A program made the translations under genes and the position numbers. A model generated the notes under the pieces. That model ran no database searches and was not told the origin of the DNA. It saw nothing but the letters and a program-made list of their open reading frames with translations. Of a DNA stretch of 64,000 bases, positions 63,987-64,000 are shown piece by piece. The DNA is from the human T2T-CHM13v2.0 reference genome, Homo sapiens, in NCBI RefSeq assembly GCF_009914755.1, contig NC_060931.1; one strand, 5' to 3'. Within the stretch, counting starts at the first letter, position 1; every line of letters begins with the position of its first letter.

Positions 63987-64000
63987 ACCCCACAGCCAAA

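Overview
Primate, almost certainly human, genomic DNA: about 30 Alus, several L1s, MaLR/ERVL/ERV1 LTRs, Tigger/MER/MADE1 DNA-transposon relics and MIRs. There are no prokaryotic features. Main non-repeat landmarks: (1) A CpG-island promoter at ~17.0-18.1 kb holds a minus-strand first coding exon (ATG 17406 to donor at 17097/17096, 310 nt). From memory of gene order I assign it to the distal first exon of PDE1C (7p14.3), so 1-17096 would be its first intron; this needs a BLAT check. (2) An old, internally deleted PRPS2 retrocopy (minus, 46161-~47100). (3) A full-length L1PA2/late-L1PA3 (53722-~59788) with intact ORF1 and an ORF2 broken only by one extra T. (4) A complete SLC25A5/ANT2 retrocopy with TSDs (60622-62198). 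Best leads: the distal exon encodes an N-myristoylation-type start (MGSVSS plus basic residues) and contains two RFX X-box-like motifs flanking a CTCF-like motif, suggesting a membrane- or cilium-targeted PDE1C isoform with a possible overlapping antisense transcript. The L1 is one slippage event from open and has promoters facing both X-derived retrocopies. Short templated direct and inverted duplications recur in AT-rich tracts (8.5/10.0 kb, 25.0/25.5 kb, 28.6 kb, 52.8-53.7 kb). Repeat subfamily names are from recalled consensus sequences and most repeat boundaries are approximate.
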